Shown piece by piece: positions 23,377 through 38,100 of a stretch of 64,000 nucleotides of DNA. The position numbers and the translations under genes were made by a program. The stretch's first letter is position 1. Each line of letters opens with the position of its first letter. Source of the DNA: Tubiluchus corallicola (lineage: Eukaryota; Animalia; Priapulida); assembly GCA_030141605.1 (NCBI GenBank), contig JAQGDQ010000376.1, positions 1 to 64,000 on the forward strand, in the 5' to 3' direction. The notes beneath the pieces were generated by a model that was given only the letters and a program-made list of their open reading frames with translations, had not been told where the DNA came from and made no database searches.

Positions 23377-26300
23377 ATGTGCCTGGCCCTGAACTTTGAA
23401 CGTTTTCAACAGAGATTTAACTTGTATCATGCGGCTACAGGTTTTGCTAGTAAGACAGCAAAAGAAAAAGCTGCTCTCCTACTCCTCGTTATTGGAGATG
23501 AAACGAGAACTATTTATAATGGATTTACTTGGCAAGCTACGGAAGAGAAGGACGATCCAATGGTTATTTTAGAAAAATTCAAAGGCTATTTCACATCCAA
23601 GGTGAATCTGGTTTATGAAACGCACTTATTTCACACACGTTCACAAAGACCTAGTGGAAATTTCGAAAGTTTTTACATAGAACTTTGGGTAATGGTGAAA
23701 AAGTGTGAATTTGGACAGTTAAATAATGACGTACTACGCGACAGAATTATATGCGGTGTATCCAGCGACAATTTGCATAGGAGATTACTACGAGAGTCAG
23801 ACCCTACATTGGATTCAGCGGTGAATGTGTGCCGAGCACCTGAAGTAACTGATGTACAGATAAAACACTTGCAACTGCATCAACTTCAGCAGAGTAAGTG
23901 CATCGTGTTCAAACAAACTGCACTAAGGACAGAAAGGAACAGCCTAAATCTAGTAATGCAAAGGTTAGTAAAAACGCGCATCAGAATTCTAGATTTCAAG
24001 GTCAGGCAGCCCAATGTTTAAAATCAGGCACTAATTGCAAATTTTGCGATAAATGAAGCCATGACAGAAGTAATTGTCCAGCCAGTAACCAAATGTGTTA
24101 CAAGTGTAATAAGCGTGGACATTTAAATCCATGTGTTTACCAAAGGGTCTTGTGCAAAACTTTGTACAAGAAGTATTTGACTCAGGCAATGTTGGAGAAT
24201 TTCTGGGTGGCAGTATCATCCTTTTTTTGCAAAAGATGGATTAGTAAACTGCTCGTTGAAAAGCAACACATCTCATGTAGAGTGGACACTGGTGCTGACG
24301 TCATAGTCTTCAGAAATTCAGGCACAAACTGTTAATGCGGCCAAATAAGAAGTTATGCGGAACCTTTCAATGTGCTAGGCAGTTTTCCAGCGATGATTGT
24401 GTGTGCGAAAGACTGCAAGAAAATATCTACGTTTTGTGTAATGGCTCAATTCCATTGCTCAGCCGTGAAGCTAGTGAAAAACTAGGTATTGTGCAATGCA
24501 ACGTGAACAGTATATCTAGCGTACCAAATATTAAGCAGCAGTTTCCAGATTTATTTTATGGCTGGGAAAACTCAGAAGAGCTTATAAAATAGATATCGAT
24601 CCTACGTGAAACCATATTCAGTTTCTACACCTAGAAGAGTTCTGCTTCCCCTGACGGACAGCGTCAAACAAGAACTTAAACGTCTGCAAGATCAAGGTGT
24701 CATTCGTCCAGTAGATCAAGCTACAGAAAGGTGTGTACCCATGGTGCTGGTACCTAAGAAACCTCTCAAATCAGAGCGATAAAAAAGCACTAAAATAAAC
24801 CAAGGTCGAGTCTGTGTTGATCTCACAAAGTTAACAGAGTGCAAAAAACAATGCAGTCTGCCGAGAACGTCATATGCTTCCGTTAGTGGATCATGTACTA
24901 GGTCAACTAGCAGGTGGGACTGTAGTTTTAAAATTGGATGCTAATTCTGGGTTTATCAATTCCCACTCGATGAAGAGTCACAGCTTCTCACTACATTTAT
25001 TACTCCGTTTGGAAATATTGCCTTCAGCCTTTTACCCTTTGGAATCTCTTTTATTTTAGAATTCTGCCTGGCCAATGTCTGCAATAGACGTAACGGGCGT
25101 ATGATGATGATGATGAAGATTTTTTGGCATAGCCAATCAAGTTGGTAAATTTGTACCTCACCTGGGAAATATAATCAGATCTATCTGCAGTCTCCTCAAC
25201 ACTGGGGTGCAGTGGGTCTGGGGTCCGGACCAAGAACAAGCCTTTATTAGGATAAAGGAATTGTTGAGTAATGCTCCACTTTTAACATAGTATGATGTAT
25301 CTAAGGACCGATGATGTGTATAAGCTATCAAAGTGTCAGCTGATGCTTCATTTTATGGCTTAGGTGTTGTTCTCTTGCAAAGGGACCAAGATATGTGGTA
25401 TCCTATAGCATATGCATCCAGGTCACTCAGCCCGACAGAGCAAGGTTAAGCCCAAATTGAAAAAGAAGCTCGGGCAGCAACGTGGGCATGCGAACGTTTC
25501 CAACGTTATTTGGTGAGTTTCCCAGGTTTCTTAATTGAAACAGACCATGAAACAGATCATAAACCACTAGTCACAGTTCTAGGTTATCCAGGACCTGAAT
25601 GAAGTTTCAGCAAAACTACAGAGATTCCGCATACGATTTTCCTATGACATAGTATACGTACCTGGAAAAACACTCTGTGCAGCAGACACACTTTCAAGAG
25701 CTCCTCAAGGTCAGTCAGAGGAAGTCAATATCAACTTGGAATGGAATGGGAGAAGCTGAAGATTATGTTGACATGATTATTAAAAGTCTTCCAGCATCAA
25801 TACGCTGGAAATACGCCAACATCAGTTGGATGATGTAATTTGCAGACAAATCCTCTAGAAAACTCAGGAAGGTTGGCCAGATAAGCATTCATTGAAAAAC
25901 GTGCTAAAACCATACTGCCGGTACCTTGGTGACGTAACGGTTAATCAAGGTTTATTACTGTATGGTACTCGCTTCTCATTTCTTCATCACTCAGAATTGA
26001 CATTCTGAATCGCATTCATGAAGGTTACCAGGGCATCGTAAAATGCAGACAGCGTACAGCTCAGTTAACATGGTGGCCAGGAATCAGCAGGATATAGCTG
26101 ACTTGATCAAAAATTGCAGGACTTGCTGCATGGATGCTAAATACAGTTTAGAACCACTTGTTCCCACGCACTTACCTTTCCGACTATGGGAAAGAGTTGC
26201 AGCTGTTTTGATGTACATGAAACAAGCTCATTACTTGGTAGTCGTGGATTATTATTCACGGTACATAGAAAAGGCTAGATTTCCAGAGACTTGAGGATCA

Positions 26301-27077
26301 ACCGCGATCAACTACATGAAATTAATTTTTACTAGACATGGTATTCCCCTTACTCTTGTTTCAGACAATCGGCCACAGTTTTCAGGGAAAGAATTCTTAG
26401 AATTTGCTTCAGAATATGGATTTCATCATGTTACTAGCAGCCCTATGCATCCTTCAGCAAACGGCGAAACTGAGCGAGCAGTTCGAACTGTGAAGGAACT
26501 TCTTAGCAGTGCAACAGATCCTTATGCAGCTTTGCTGAGCCACAGAGCAACTCCATTTGCTAATGGCTTCAGTCCTGCTTTTAATGTTCAGGCGACTATG
26601 CACGAAAGTACCTAGATTTCCATCTAACAGGAATGCCAAAATACCAAACTCAACTCATCTCCAGGAAAAAGAAGAATCCTACAGATTAAAGCAGATGTAC
26701 AACTTCAACAACAGACATCATGCTAGAAATTTACCACAACTCTCTGAAGGAGAGGAAGTATGGATTCTGGGAGGAAGGAAAATGATTAAGTACGAAGTAT
26801 ATTTAGTGATTGTTCTTATGAGGTGAGAACTCCAACTGGTTCATTTCGACGAAATCAGATTCAGCTCAATTAGCTTCCTCAATCAGTACAACAGGAAGCG
26901 GCTACTATGAAAACCCAAGGGAACATACCAGAGGAAACTTCACAAGAGAAAAGTTCTAATCCATTTGTTACTTCAGGCAAAAACTCTGATTCTAGTGTTT
27001 AAGTTAATGCCTACACTAAACCTGTTGTTACCACCAGAAGTGGTGGGGTTGTAAAAACTCCTGTTAGATATCAGTAG
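23377..27077 (+). pseudogene. Disrupted gag-pol of the gypsy element
   Basis: gag (CEFG..LRDRIICG..LLRE), zinc knuckles (CYKCNKRGH), protease VDTGADV, RT KLDANSGF/TTFITPFG, RNase H SADASFYGLGVVLLQ/YASRSL, integrase VVDYYSRY, SDNRPQF, NGETERAVRTVK, terminal TRSG..P.RY; many stops and frameshifts. Confidence 0.92.
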
Positions 27078-27224
27078 ATAACTGGTTTAAGTTCAGTTTA
27101 CTTTGAAATTTGTTTGAGAGCAATTCTAGTAAATTTTTGTTATCTGCAGAGTTAGGCCGTCAGGAATAGTTATAATTTACAGCAGGAATGATGTAACTGC
27201 TAAAGTATTAATTTTGCAAACAGA

Positions 27225-27412
27225 TGTAGTATAAGTTATAATTAAGATCAGAAAACCAGAGATAACCATCGTTCACTATTAACTAGGATTGACTTGATAG
27301 TGGTGTGATGCTGTGCACTCCTCACCAGAAAATGGATAAACGCTTTTCTATAAATGTACAATAAATTAATCCAGTTTGAACTATATTTAAAGTGTATATC
27401 GTATACAAAAGA
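27225..27412 (+). repeat. 3' LTR
   Basis: Direct repeat of 22895-23080; begins TGTAGT; contains CTATAAAT and AATAAA; ends AAAAGA. Confidence 0.9.
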
Positions 27413-29894
27413 GTAACCGCCATTCACGTAGTCGTTATACATATATTACTATGTGATCACTAGATAGGCAGCGCCAACTGAAACAACTAGCGCGAATGTG
27501 CACAACGTTACTTTATAATTCTTTTCTGGTTTTGTTCATCATAAAAACTGTTCATATTATCAATTCAGTAGGCGTTTTCCCACTGTATTGTACAGTCTTG
27601 TCTCACAGAACGGGACTGAACTGCTTGATTTTAATTGGATGGTTATGAAACGACAGCTATAAACTACAGTTTTCCCGTTTCAGATAATTTATTGGGTATT
27701 CTAGAGACTATCTAGAGACCAAATTTACGCTCATGTCATGTGTGACCTCACAGCGTCCAGCTTCAGTTACACCTCAGCATTGCTGTATACTGGCCGCTAT
27801 TATACCAGACCACAACGACTAACAGACTACTTTTGCAGTTATTTACTTCCTGCAATTTTGTCCACGCTGCTGACCCTAGGAAATGTTGTACAGCCGAACA
27901 GGCAACTAAAACAGATGTTAGCTTGTGTATATAATAATATTTACCAGCTGAGAACTTATACCATGCTTCGCTTTTGCTAGACCGATCAGAGAGCCGTGTA
28001 GCAGATAATCAATCCAAGATTTTCATAATTTTTTTGGTTTTCCTATAGTGTGAAAGATTAACACGGTATTCCCGAAAACATGAATACAGACGACAGTAGT
28101 ACTGAAAGATACGCAAAGTTTTTTCAAACTTTTTGTACACTTTTTGTAGCTGCACACAGTTTTTCATGGACTGAGAAGAAGCTGATGGTTTCTGTATTCT
28201 CAGCTTGTTCGCGAAAGTATCAAAAACGTATGTGACCGAAGTTAAAGTTCATGTGTAGGAGTTAGGACATGGCGACAATAATTTTTTACTGGATGATGAA
28301 AGTTGGAAAATTAAGGGAAGTAGGAACCATAACGCTCGATTGCACTCTTTGTTAATGACCATGTCACGCAATTTAAGGGAATTTAGGCGAAAAAAATAGA
28401 AAATCGAGTATACATTACTGTATAATGAACCGTTTGATGGATGCCATACATGTACCTATATGGCATGGGTGATTGGCATAAGCGTGCCCTCTCCGCTTCT
28501 CATTTCAAGATTAGTGGTGGAGTTAGGGTTGTGCTGCTGCTGTCATCGTGTGTTTGAACTGCAGTCTGGGCTTCTTGGTTTTGTAAGGTGTCTTGTTCGC
28601 TGTAATCGGTTGGGTAGGGGAGGCAGTTTATTGATATATATATAACAATCATAGCGTACGTATATACAAGTGGAGAGTACTGGAGCCACCACCCGACTGA
28701 GTGTGTTCCTGACTTTAAATACTTGTGTGACGTCATACGTCACGTATTTTGGAGAAGGTGTTTTACTACAGCACCTTTAACTGAAAACGGCTGTTAAAGA
28801 CTTCGTTTAAAGGAAGCTTTTTTCTGGAAGACGGAACGTTTCCAATTTCAGACGTGACGCAGAACTATGCAATAATATTTATTATGACGTGGTACTGTTT
28901 CTAGAGGTTTTAATTTGGTGGTCCGAATGAACTTCGCTTACGTTTGTACCGCAGGCTGAAGAAAGTAAACTAGCTTGGATCAGTCACGGAGGTACACATC
29001 TACATCTACTTGTCGCGCTTCAGCTACCTGTCGTAATTTCCCATCTACCTAATATAGCTCATGAGCCGGTGTAATAGTAGAATGGTGATCATGCACAGGG
29101 ATTCGCCTTCTGCTTTAATATCTGTTGCGAAGTCAGCCCAAATTTCACTCCTTGAGAATTGGTGCTTCCTAACTATAGAACTAAAATTCAACTAATGAAC
29201 AGCATTGCAAAAAGCTTCATGAAAGTTTGTTGAAAAGCGAATAGCTTCTTTCTGTCTGTTTTTATAAGCACTGAATAATAATTTGAAGGCTATAGAAACC
29301 TTGACAGTACAGCAAGTCTGATTTATTGCATTTATTCAGAAAGTTAAAAATCAAGCCAATAGCTATAATAGCTTGTCGTATTTCGGTGTTAATTTTGCGA
29401 ACTGGTCTTTCATTAATTTTTTTGTTAAGTTTGAATATTTTATATTATTACTGCAATTAAAGCGCAACGTAGAATAAATAAGAGACCATTTGTATTTTAG
29501 GCCTGTCACACATACATTTTGAGTCGCACACGCGTCAAATTTCAGTTCTCGCGCATTCCGCAACTTTACACACAAGTTTGCAAAATCACTTGGCTTCCTT
29601 CGCCACCCAAATACAATAGCGGCATACTTAGTAGCAGGCTTACTACTATCAATAATACAGTAGCGTTCATGAGTCTTGCGACGTGTATTATATCAAAGGT
29701 ATTAAAATTGAGAATTCAGCACCTTTTTCATTTAAGCAAATGAACATATTTATACATATTATAAAGCACAGTGAATTACAATAACAGCATAAGAAGGCTA
29801 AAAGTACCCAAAATATTGTCTTTTTTTAAATTTTTTGAGTTGATTTTTGATATTTTGGTTTCGACACTGAAATGCAAAAATTTAGGGAACATTA

Positions 29895-30047
29895 GCCCCC
29901 TGGACCGCCGCCATTCCCTACCTATCTACGTTTCCGGCGCACTCATTTTTGCATCAATGATTGGCAGGTTTTTAGTTGCAGAGTGACAGAACGGGGTATT
30001 CTTGCTTCTTGGCTTCTGCTACGAAGTTTAGAGACGCTGCTGTAAGT
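29895..30047 (+). promoter_or_regulatory. Candidate KCNQ promoter and non-coding first exon
   Basis: CpG-rich patch with CCGCCATT (YY1-like), reverse CCAAT (ATTGG near 29960), Inr-like TTAGTT near 29972 and a GTAAGT donor at 30042; a candidate acceptor (aatatag) lies at 33480. Confidence 0.25.
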
Positions 30048-31712
30048 GGCTTTGAACAGTTTAGCTAGATAGAACAAAATTCTTAAATTAGTCAATCTTC
30101 GTCTTGATGATTGGTTTACTTTGTAATCGTGTGAGATGCGATTGCAGACGACGCGTCGATGATGATCCAGTCGCACTGTCAATCAGCAAGGCAATCAATG
30201 CATTTGCCCAGCGAACCCGAGTACTATCAGCAACGTCACGTAGTATTAGCTTAATTTACACTGGTTTTTATGTCACTTTGATACGGCTTTTTTCTTTCTG
30301 CTTGTATAACATAGGTTTTAGATACTTTAATTGTTTTAATTGAAACCATTTTATTTTCATGATAACAAGTGGTGACGTCTTTTTGTATTGACACATTTTC
30401 AGTTCTCGACAGCTACGTAGGCGCAAAATATTTCGTGGGATGTCAAGTTTCGGATACATGTAGTTCGATTTCGTCAAAAATGTAGATCATCAAAAATCGA
30501 TGGATTAAATAATTGAGATTCTCTGATAGTCGATTAAAATATTCTTTTATAGAACAGGAATTATCAAAACGAGTGCCACGTGTGTTATGTGGTTCATGGA
30601 TAGTTTATTAGATGTGTTTTCAAAAATTAGAGAATTTTAACTTTTTTAAGTGTTAGTGAAATGAATTTTTTCCTTTCCTGGGCATAGAATTAAGTTCCAT
30701 AGTTTACTGATTTTTCTACTGCTCTTAATTTATTACTTTGCTCTTTAAGGCATCATATGCAAATTTATGTTACTGTTAGTGTGGCTCTATTTCAGTGCAT
30801 TTAAAGAATACATGAAAGAGCCACATAAAGCTTTTAGAAGTTTACGCCTAGATATTTGTAATCTTTACCTGCTAGCTACCCGATACTAAAGCAAATCTAC
30901 TGGTTTTATTAAACAGGGTATTTTTGAGTTTTATTGAGTTTACTTTTAAATGCCATACATTAGTCAGTGAATGGTTTAATTTAATTGCATACTGAGTTTG
31001 AGTTTGAATCAAGGCAGATTAAATATATGGAAAGCACAGTAATGTTGGGTGCCAATATATCTAACTGCCAATTCTAAGGAAAGGAACGTTTGTGCTTTAG
31101 AAATTAGTTCCTGTATATTCTCTCGTTAGTGCTTAAGAAATAGTTACAGACTGTGAATTTATACAAAACTTTCCTACAATAAACACAAGACATCATTATT
31201 TATACGCTAATATTGTTACTACATTACTTCATATACTAACTTATTAATATATTAGCTAAATAAACAAATTTTTAATAATTACGCTTATTTAGCACGGTTT
31301 CCGATATAAAACAACGGACTATATTTGCAAAAGCAGTTAATAAATTTCCTTCTCTTTCTATATAAATGCACTCTCGATTTTTCAATTTGCCTTTAAATTC
31401 GTGTCTAGCTATAATATCCGTAAGAGGGCATTCACATAATAAATATATCGGTGTTTGTAGTTCCGCCCCGCATGTACAAGACTGATATTAGTCCATTTCT
31501 AGGCAGGAATGCATTAAAATTGCCCTGCTCTACTGGAAAACAGTTACAAGCATTTTCCAAATTTCTATTTACACCAATACGAAGTTGCAATGGTGTCAAA
31601 CATAGTATATCCGAGTAAGTACAGTATCTACTACCCAGTTGCATCTTAATTCGGTACCTGTTGGTCCAGCGTTTAGCCAAAAAATCTCTAATTTCCTGCT
31701 TTTTAACTGCTA

Positions 31713-31836
<124 letters not shown>

Positions 31837-33643
31837 TAACAGTTGTAATCTTCTCATGACTGATTATTTCGCATCCCTGTTCAAGTAATTATTATCACAA
31901 GGAAACCGAAGAACACAAGACAGGAAGCCAATTAAGCCCCAATCAAGTAACTCATCTAGTGTCCGGGGTCGCTTCAGCATTGCAAACTGCAAAATGAAAT
32001 ATAGCATTGGGAGTATTATATTAGTCTTGAACTTGATATAATATTTTGTCACAATCCTTACAAGTTACAACGAAATCAGGAGAAGAGACTACAACAGGCA
32101 CATTTCAGATACCTCATTTTATTGTTGGACATAAAAGCGGGTTCTGGAAGTATTCAGTTACAGAGATTGGTTATTAAATTTTGCACTAACCTATTAAATT
32201 CTGCAAGTTGGGTATAAGGTTTCATACGGATATATGCTTGTAAGCTAAGCATGTTTTGAAATAATTCTTCCAAGTATTAAAGCAATGTGCTCATAGCTAA
32301 AAAATGATATTTTTGCACTGCACTTGCACTATACTTTATTTAATTTAGTGACGTAAAAAGAGAAAACAAATATTGGAATTAGCAAAATGGATTGTTCTTT
32401 TCGGAACTTGTTCTTTACGAAGAGAAGCTTACGGTAAAAGTGAAGAAAGTAACTTTTGACAGTCTTTAGCCAATGTCTTAACTTTACGTTAGCCAAGGAA
32501 CAAGAATGGTGTTTTTCTCTCTCTTGTGGTTGGCCCTTTTGAGTTTTAATGTCCCCTCCCCGGAGTGCTGGATGAAATAGTTTGCTTTTCTTGAGACTGG
32601 TACAAAGCTGCTTTTCCTAGACGATCACTCAATGACAATCCTTATAGCTCTACTTTCGTTTTAGACAAGGTTTTTTTTCCTGAAGCTAGGACTAAGTACA
32701 CCTTCAAGGAACCCCTCCGGTCATTTCCTCGTCTGAAACCTGTAACCTATAAGTCGCAATTTCTATTACTTGATGCTGATTATAACAAATGTTTGTTTCC
32801 TTTGAGAACTGTGAAGTAAATTACCATATTTGGTAAGAATTTGGTTTAGCTATTTTGGGGATAGTTCCCTAACGGATCAGGTGTTCGACCATACTGGCTC
32901 AGATACAAGATTAGGCAGAAAGGTTCTCATCATTCGATAGAAGACGAAATTCTACTTCCCGAGTTTTCTGTAACATTTTTCTTGTTACGATATTAAAGGC
33001 ACGAGTCTATTTTACACTTGTGGACTTTTAAACTGACAAGTTTGCTTTAGAAACTATTGTCACACTGTCAGTCTCTCGCTAGGCATACAGAACTTTTTGT
33101 AGTTGTAATCCCAGAAGACGTATTTGGGCTTGTCACGCAGAGTGCAGCATTAATATCAAGCTGCGACAGACAACAACGTGACATTTCCAGACCGACATGA
33201 CTTCCTTTCACTAATTTTAATCAAATTCTTTCTAGATGTTTGTCTCCAATGTGCAGCTATCCAATCAATAGATATCGATCCGTTAGTTGCCAATATGTCA
33301 GAAGTGATTTGTGCGTGGAAGAGTTTCCCACGGTTTGGCCACGACGAATGGTTGGGCGTTGAAGCCATAGATTAAATCCAGCAAGGTTTCATAAAGACAT
33401 GCTGTGTTCTTGCGTCAAAGTGTTTATGTTTTACCGCTCACTTCATCATACTTTCAACTTGCTTTTCGCGTTTAATATAGCATTGGCAGTGTTAATGATC
33501 ACGTGAGAGAAGAGGTCGATAGATAACCCAGCGTTGGGAAGCACCTGGAGTATTTTTTGCCATGGCAGCCGTCGGTTAAGCTTTGTATTACAGTTTGCGT
33601 GTACTTGTTCTACCGTGCAACCTCTGCGTGCAACACAATAATA

Positions 33644-33906
33644 ATGAACGGACGACAGTGCACAATTACTATCGACTCAGGGGACGAGTTACCGCCGGCG
33701 CGGAGAAGAGTCGAGTTTATCGGCTTGGAGGCGCCGAGGCGTAAGCCCGGTTCGTATCATCATCAACCGAGAATGAGCCTCTTGGGGAAGCCAATCAACT
33801 ACCGGGCTCACAGGCGAGATGCCCGGTATAGGAAATTACAGACAAAGATTTACAACTTTCTGGAACGGCCGCGTGGATGTACATCGGCCTGCTATCATAT
33901 TTTGGT
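33644..33906 (+). CDS. KCNQ: KCNQ (Kv7) voltage-gated potassium channel, first coding exon
   Basis: acaataataATG; MNGRQCTITIDSGDELPPARRRVEFIGLEAPRRKPGSYHHQPRMSLLGKPINYRAHRRDARYRKLQTKIYNFLERPRGCTSACYHIL(V); YNFLERP is a KCNQ hallmark; gt|gtaagt phase-2 donor; start codon is inferred. Confidence 0.93.
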
Positions 33907-35037
33907 GTAAGTAAATTCATTTAATTTATTTGTCTACGTTTCATAAAATTAAAATTTGACAGTTTTATTAGTCGAAGTATAGTTTGATTTTTTGATGTTG
34001 TAGAGATGTCCGATTGATAAAATGCATCGTTTTACGCTGTACTTAATAATATACTTAATTCTAACAATATTACTATGTGGAGCTCAATGAACTAATTAAA
34101 TTATAATTAAATAGTTTCGTTTTGTGGTCGTAATGCAAAATTACCATTTTTATGATGATAAGCTGAGAGTCACACGTTTTTCTATTGTGACGTACTTCAT
34201 CAAGATTTCGCAAGTGCTTTGTACACTTTTTTGCACGACTCGTTTTTTATGCAAGACAAATCTCAACAAAGTTAAGCAGATATATTCCAAAAACATAAAA
34301 TACTGCTTTACGAACTTCAGTGATTTTCTAAGCTGTATATGGAAATAAATATACAATTTGAGTCTTTGCAGAAAATCTTGAATTTGAAATGCGTTAGTGC
34401 TGTTGGTATCTGCTTTTACATATACCCGGTTCATTATATCTGATCTGGTTTTATATCTCATTACGGTTTATTCTTCGGAAAAGAAAAAAAAAACTTAAAA
34501 GCACCATTTATTGATAAGCGGATTTTTTTACTCGCTGTTTTGCGCAAAATTAAACTTTTTAGCAGACGGTAACAGTTGGAAGATGGATGTTGTGTGTTTC
34601 TGTATTAAGATTTCGTATGTGGCTTCCTGCAGTCGCCATTTTACCTAAACCACCCACCTGAGTTTCACATTTTTCCATACCCTAAACCCACGCCACGCCT
34701 TCGGGCTCCTCATAAGCGTTCTAACGAGGTAATGAACTTTCTATTATATTTCGAACACAGACATTACACAATATCTCATATCTGTTAGTTTTTGGGTCTC
34801 ATAAGAGGGTTGAGTGTGAACACAGTAATGGATAATGCGTCTGTTTTTCATCTGTGAGGTCGTGTGTTCTAAACTACGGGCGGATCATATCTATGCCCTG
34901 CCTGGCGTGTGGTACTTATAATAGGGTAAAAGTGAAGCAAAAATAATGTTATTTAACTATAATTGTTATTCATAGTCGGCGAAAAGTTCGTGAGCTTATA
35001 TTAATTGTTATTCAAATTCCCACTTTAAATAAAGATT

Positions 35038-35061
35038 GTTATTACTATTATTATTATTATT

Positions 35062-35102
<41 letters not shown>

Positions 35103-35114
35103 TATTATTATTAT
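35038..35114. repeat. (ATT)n-(ATC)n-(ATT)n microsatellite
   Basis: Directly visible; a degenerate (ATG)n patch follows at about 35380-35490. Confidence 0.95.
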
Positions 35115-38100
35115 TGACAGTTTTATTTATAACCTATTACGTAAATGAACGATGAAAGTATTATACAGCTGAGACTTTCAAACTGCTTTTGTTACCCTCA
35201 GTACTGGATTTGGTGATTTTGTGAATTTCCTCTTCAGCTACGTACTTTTCATTTGAATTTTAAGCCAAAACTTGCTATTGCTTGTGCTTTTGCTTTCTGT
35301 TTCAGACTTTTGGTTGTGTTCATTGCCGTTGCTTCTTTAGTTTTTGTCATCATGTCAATAATATTATTTTTGTTGTTTTTAATGATGATGATGATGGCGA
35401 TGACGGTGATGTCAATTAAGATGATGATCATCATGACAATTGTGTCATCGTTACTAATGGTGGCAATTATGATGGTAATGACGACAATGATGTGTAGCTA
35501 CAGCCAAAAAAACATATTCATAATTTGCGCATGTTTCACCTCACAGGTTAATTTAACATTACAATTTAAAAAAAAGCGGAAAAATCGCATTGATTCTTCT
35601 AAATTACGTTCAATTATATTTTATAAGATTTTATGGCTTCCGCTGATAAAATCCACCATTCTGTCGGATGAAAATCAAACAGCTGTTGCCGCCCTTATAT
35701 GCTGAAGCTTACATGCTCGTTAGTCGTTACACTGTTCTGCCCTAATTTTGACAGCAGTTAGTAGCATCAGGCTTTATTATTACTGAATTGTTGATAGAAA
35801 GCTTTGTATGTCAGAACAGTAGGGAAGATCGAGGGCACAAGTTGTGTAATTAAAGTTCCCTTTGTTGCAATAAACATTTCATCTAAATTGGATATGTTTA
35901 GGTTTTTCAATGTGTTATTGGCCTTCCACCCAAAATTAATGACTTTAGACCATATCCTTTCTCTCTTAATAGCATTTGTTTGAATTTGACACCCAAAGGC
36001 TTGAATTTGTGAAAGTTAATGAATCACTCCAGGTGCATGTTGTCTGAGCTATAGGAAAGACGTTTATTAAATATGTAAAAGGAGACCATGTCTCACTCAC
36101 GATGTAAGGGGACGAACTGAAAAATAAATGGATAGTTAAGAGGAATGCTTTAACAAAATTTAATGACAAATAAGAAAGCCACATAATTATGTACAGGTTG
36201 TCAGTTCATGCTTCCAATCTGTCCTTTAAGATACCATGTTTGATGGACGACATAAGGGGACGATGTAATGGGACAAATATAAAATGGACAGTTGTGAAAA
36301 GATTGTGCTACAAAGTAGCCGATTTCGCTTAGGCAAATTAATGATACGTCTTTTTCATGTTTGTATCATTTTTTGCACCTTTAATTAGTTTTTTAGTTTC
36401 CCATCACTTAAATTGTTTTAGCGTGTCTTCTTTGTACAATGTATTTTGTGGGCTTCGTGTGATTTAAAGAATGAAATAAATAACATTTCATGTGGGATTT
36501 TATATTAAGGTGGAAATTTGTGCAACAGTAGTTACCTTTATTTGCTATATTTTTATACTTGAAAAGTCTATAACATCATGTGTAATCAGGGTGATGGTGA
36601 TTACTTTCACGTAGAAGCAACTCCGAGAAAATGTAATGAAGCAGTATTTTCTTTGCAGTAAATGCAACTCGCAAGCTAATATTATATTATAACTGCTGAT
36701 GGTTATTCAAAGGTACACGGCAGCTCACATTACGGCCATTAAACCGAAGAAAAGTCTCCGTAATGTTATAAATCGTGTTATGATTGTAAAAAAGAATAAC
36801 TAAAAGCTTGCAGCCATAAAGTGGACATGTCTGCGCTGTGAGGCGATTTCGTAATCCTTCACAGCAAGTCTGCGGAGCCCACGATAGCGCATAAATACTG
36901 TAATGGCGCTAATATCTTTCCAGCTTGTCGATATTTTTTGCGGAATATCTCCTTTTATAAATGTACTCGTAAGAGTGAGTGTTAGTCTGACGCTGGTATC
37001 GCCTGTAAACAGGGTGAGTTATAATAAATAATCCAGATATTTTACGTGACTTAGTGTTTCTGCTAGCTATTTGTCATACTAAAAGGATGGAATAAACCCG
37101 AAAAGATCATCAAATACAAAGCATTGTGTCTGTTTCGCTAACACTTGTTAGCACTCTTCAGTGCTTAATAATAATTAAATATCTATTTAGCAATCTCTCC
37201 CTACAAGGTCACGACAGGTCAGTTAAAGTGAAAAAAGGCATTGTATGTAAGTTACTAACAGTAACAAAACTTTAAAGTGTTTAAAACTTCTAAAGTCCTA
37301 TTACATCAGGCTACATGCCTACATCTCCAAAATTATTACTTATCATTACTATATTCTCCCTGGTGCGTATACGTTTAAAAAGTGCAGAATGCCTGCGTTG
37401 GTTTTGCGAGTAAGAATGACATGCTGTTTAACATATCGAATTCTAAATGTATATTGTTTAGACGTTCCAGTGGAATGTAGATTGCCTAGTAATCAATTAG
37501 CGGTTTAACTTTAAACAGACATAATGAGCCAGCCATTTAAGCCATCAACTTACATAATACTACTTCTCAGTGTCTGGAAGTGGTAAGGTGTAAGTATGAT
37601 TTCATTAAGGCTGCGAACTCATTACTGTGTTTTTTCAAATCCATGAGTGACAAACGTATATTGCGTAAACTGCTTAACGCCTATATTGTGCATTTTATGG
37701 CTAGTCACTTTTTAACTTAACATAATTGGCATAATTACAACCTATAACTCGCATTCTACCATGACGATAATGATCACTGTAACATCGTCCTTTGAGCTTT
37801 TAAAAGCTAGAAGAACATCTAAATTGTTGGCATGTGTAAATCACTCAAAAATACTGTACTAATATATTTTAAAAGCGAATTCCACTTATGCGATAATCGA
37901 AGTGAATTTATCGTTCATAAATATTCTAATTTTAATCACTGTGATATAATCATCGAGACGCGTTTGCTTATGAGCTTTTTTGGCTCATAATGAAGGTGAA
38001 ACCTACCCAGGCTTTAAATAACAAATAAGAACAACTGCCACTATTTTACTATTTGTTCCAAACCAAATTAGCATATATTTCAACACAACCGTAGTAAAAA

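Larger units (their letters stand above)
22895..27412 (+). mobile_element. Decayed Ty3/gypsy LTR retrotransposon (Mag-like / K02A2.6-like)
   Basis: Two direct LTRs, PBS, gag-PR-RT-RNaseH-IN order, and 5-bp flanks TTAAC (22890-22894) / GTAAC (27413-27417) as a one-mismatch TSD. Confidence 0.93.

Noticed and set aside
35253-35705. 150-aa hydrophobic, Met-rich ORF resembling a membrane protein
   Set aside because: Arises from T-rich and (ATG)n low-complexity intron DNA; no family motif
35790-35960. CR1-like ORF2 3' remnant (RGHKL-like); L2-like tail at about 18100-18135
   Set aside because: Too degraded to support boundaries or classification
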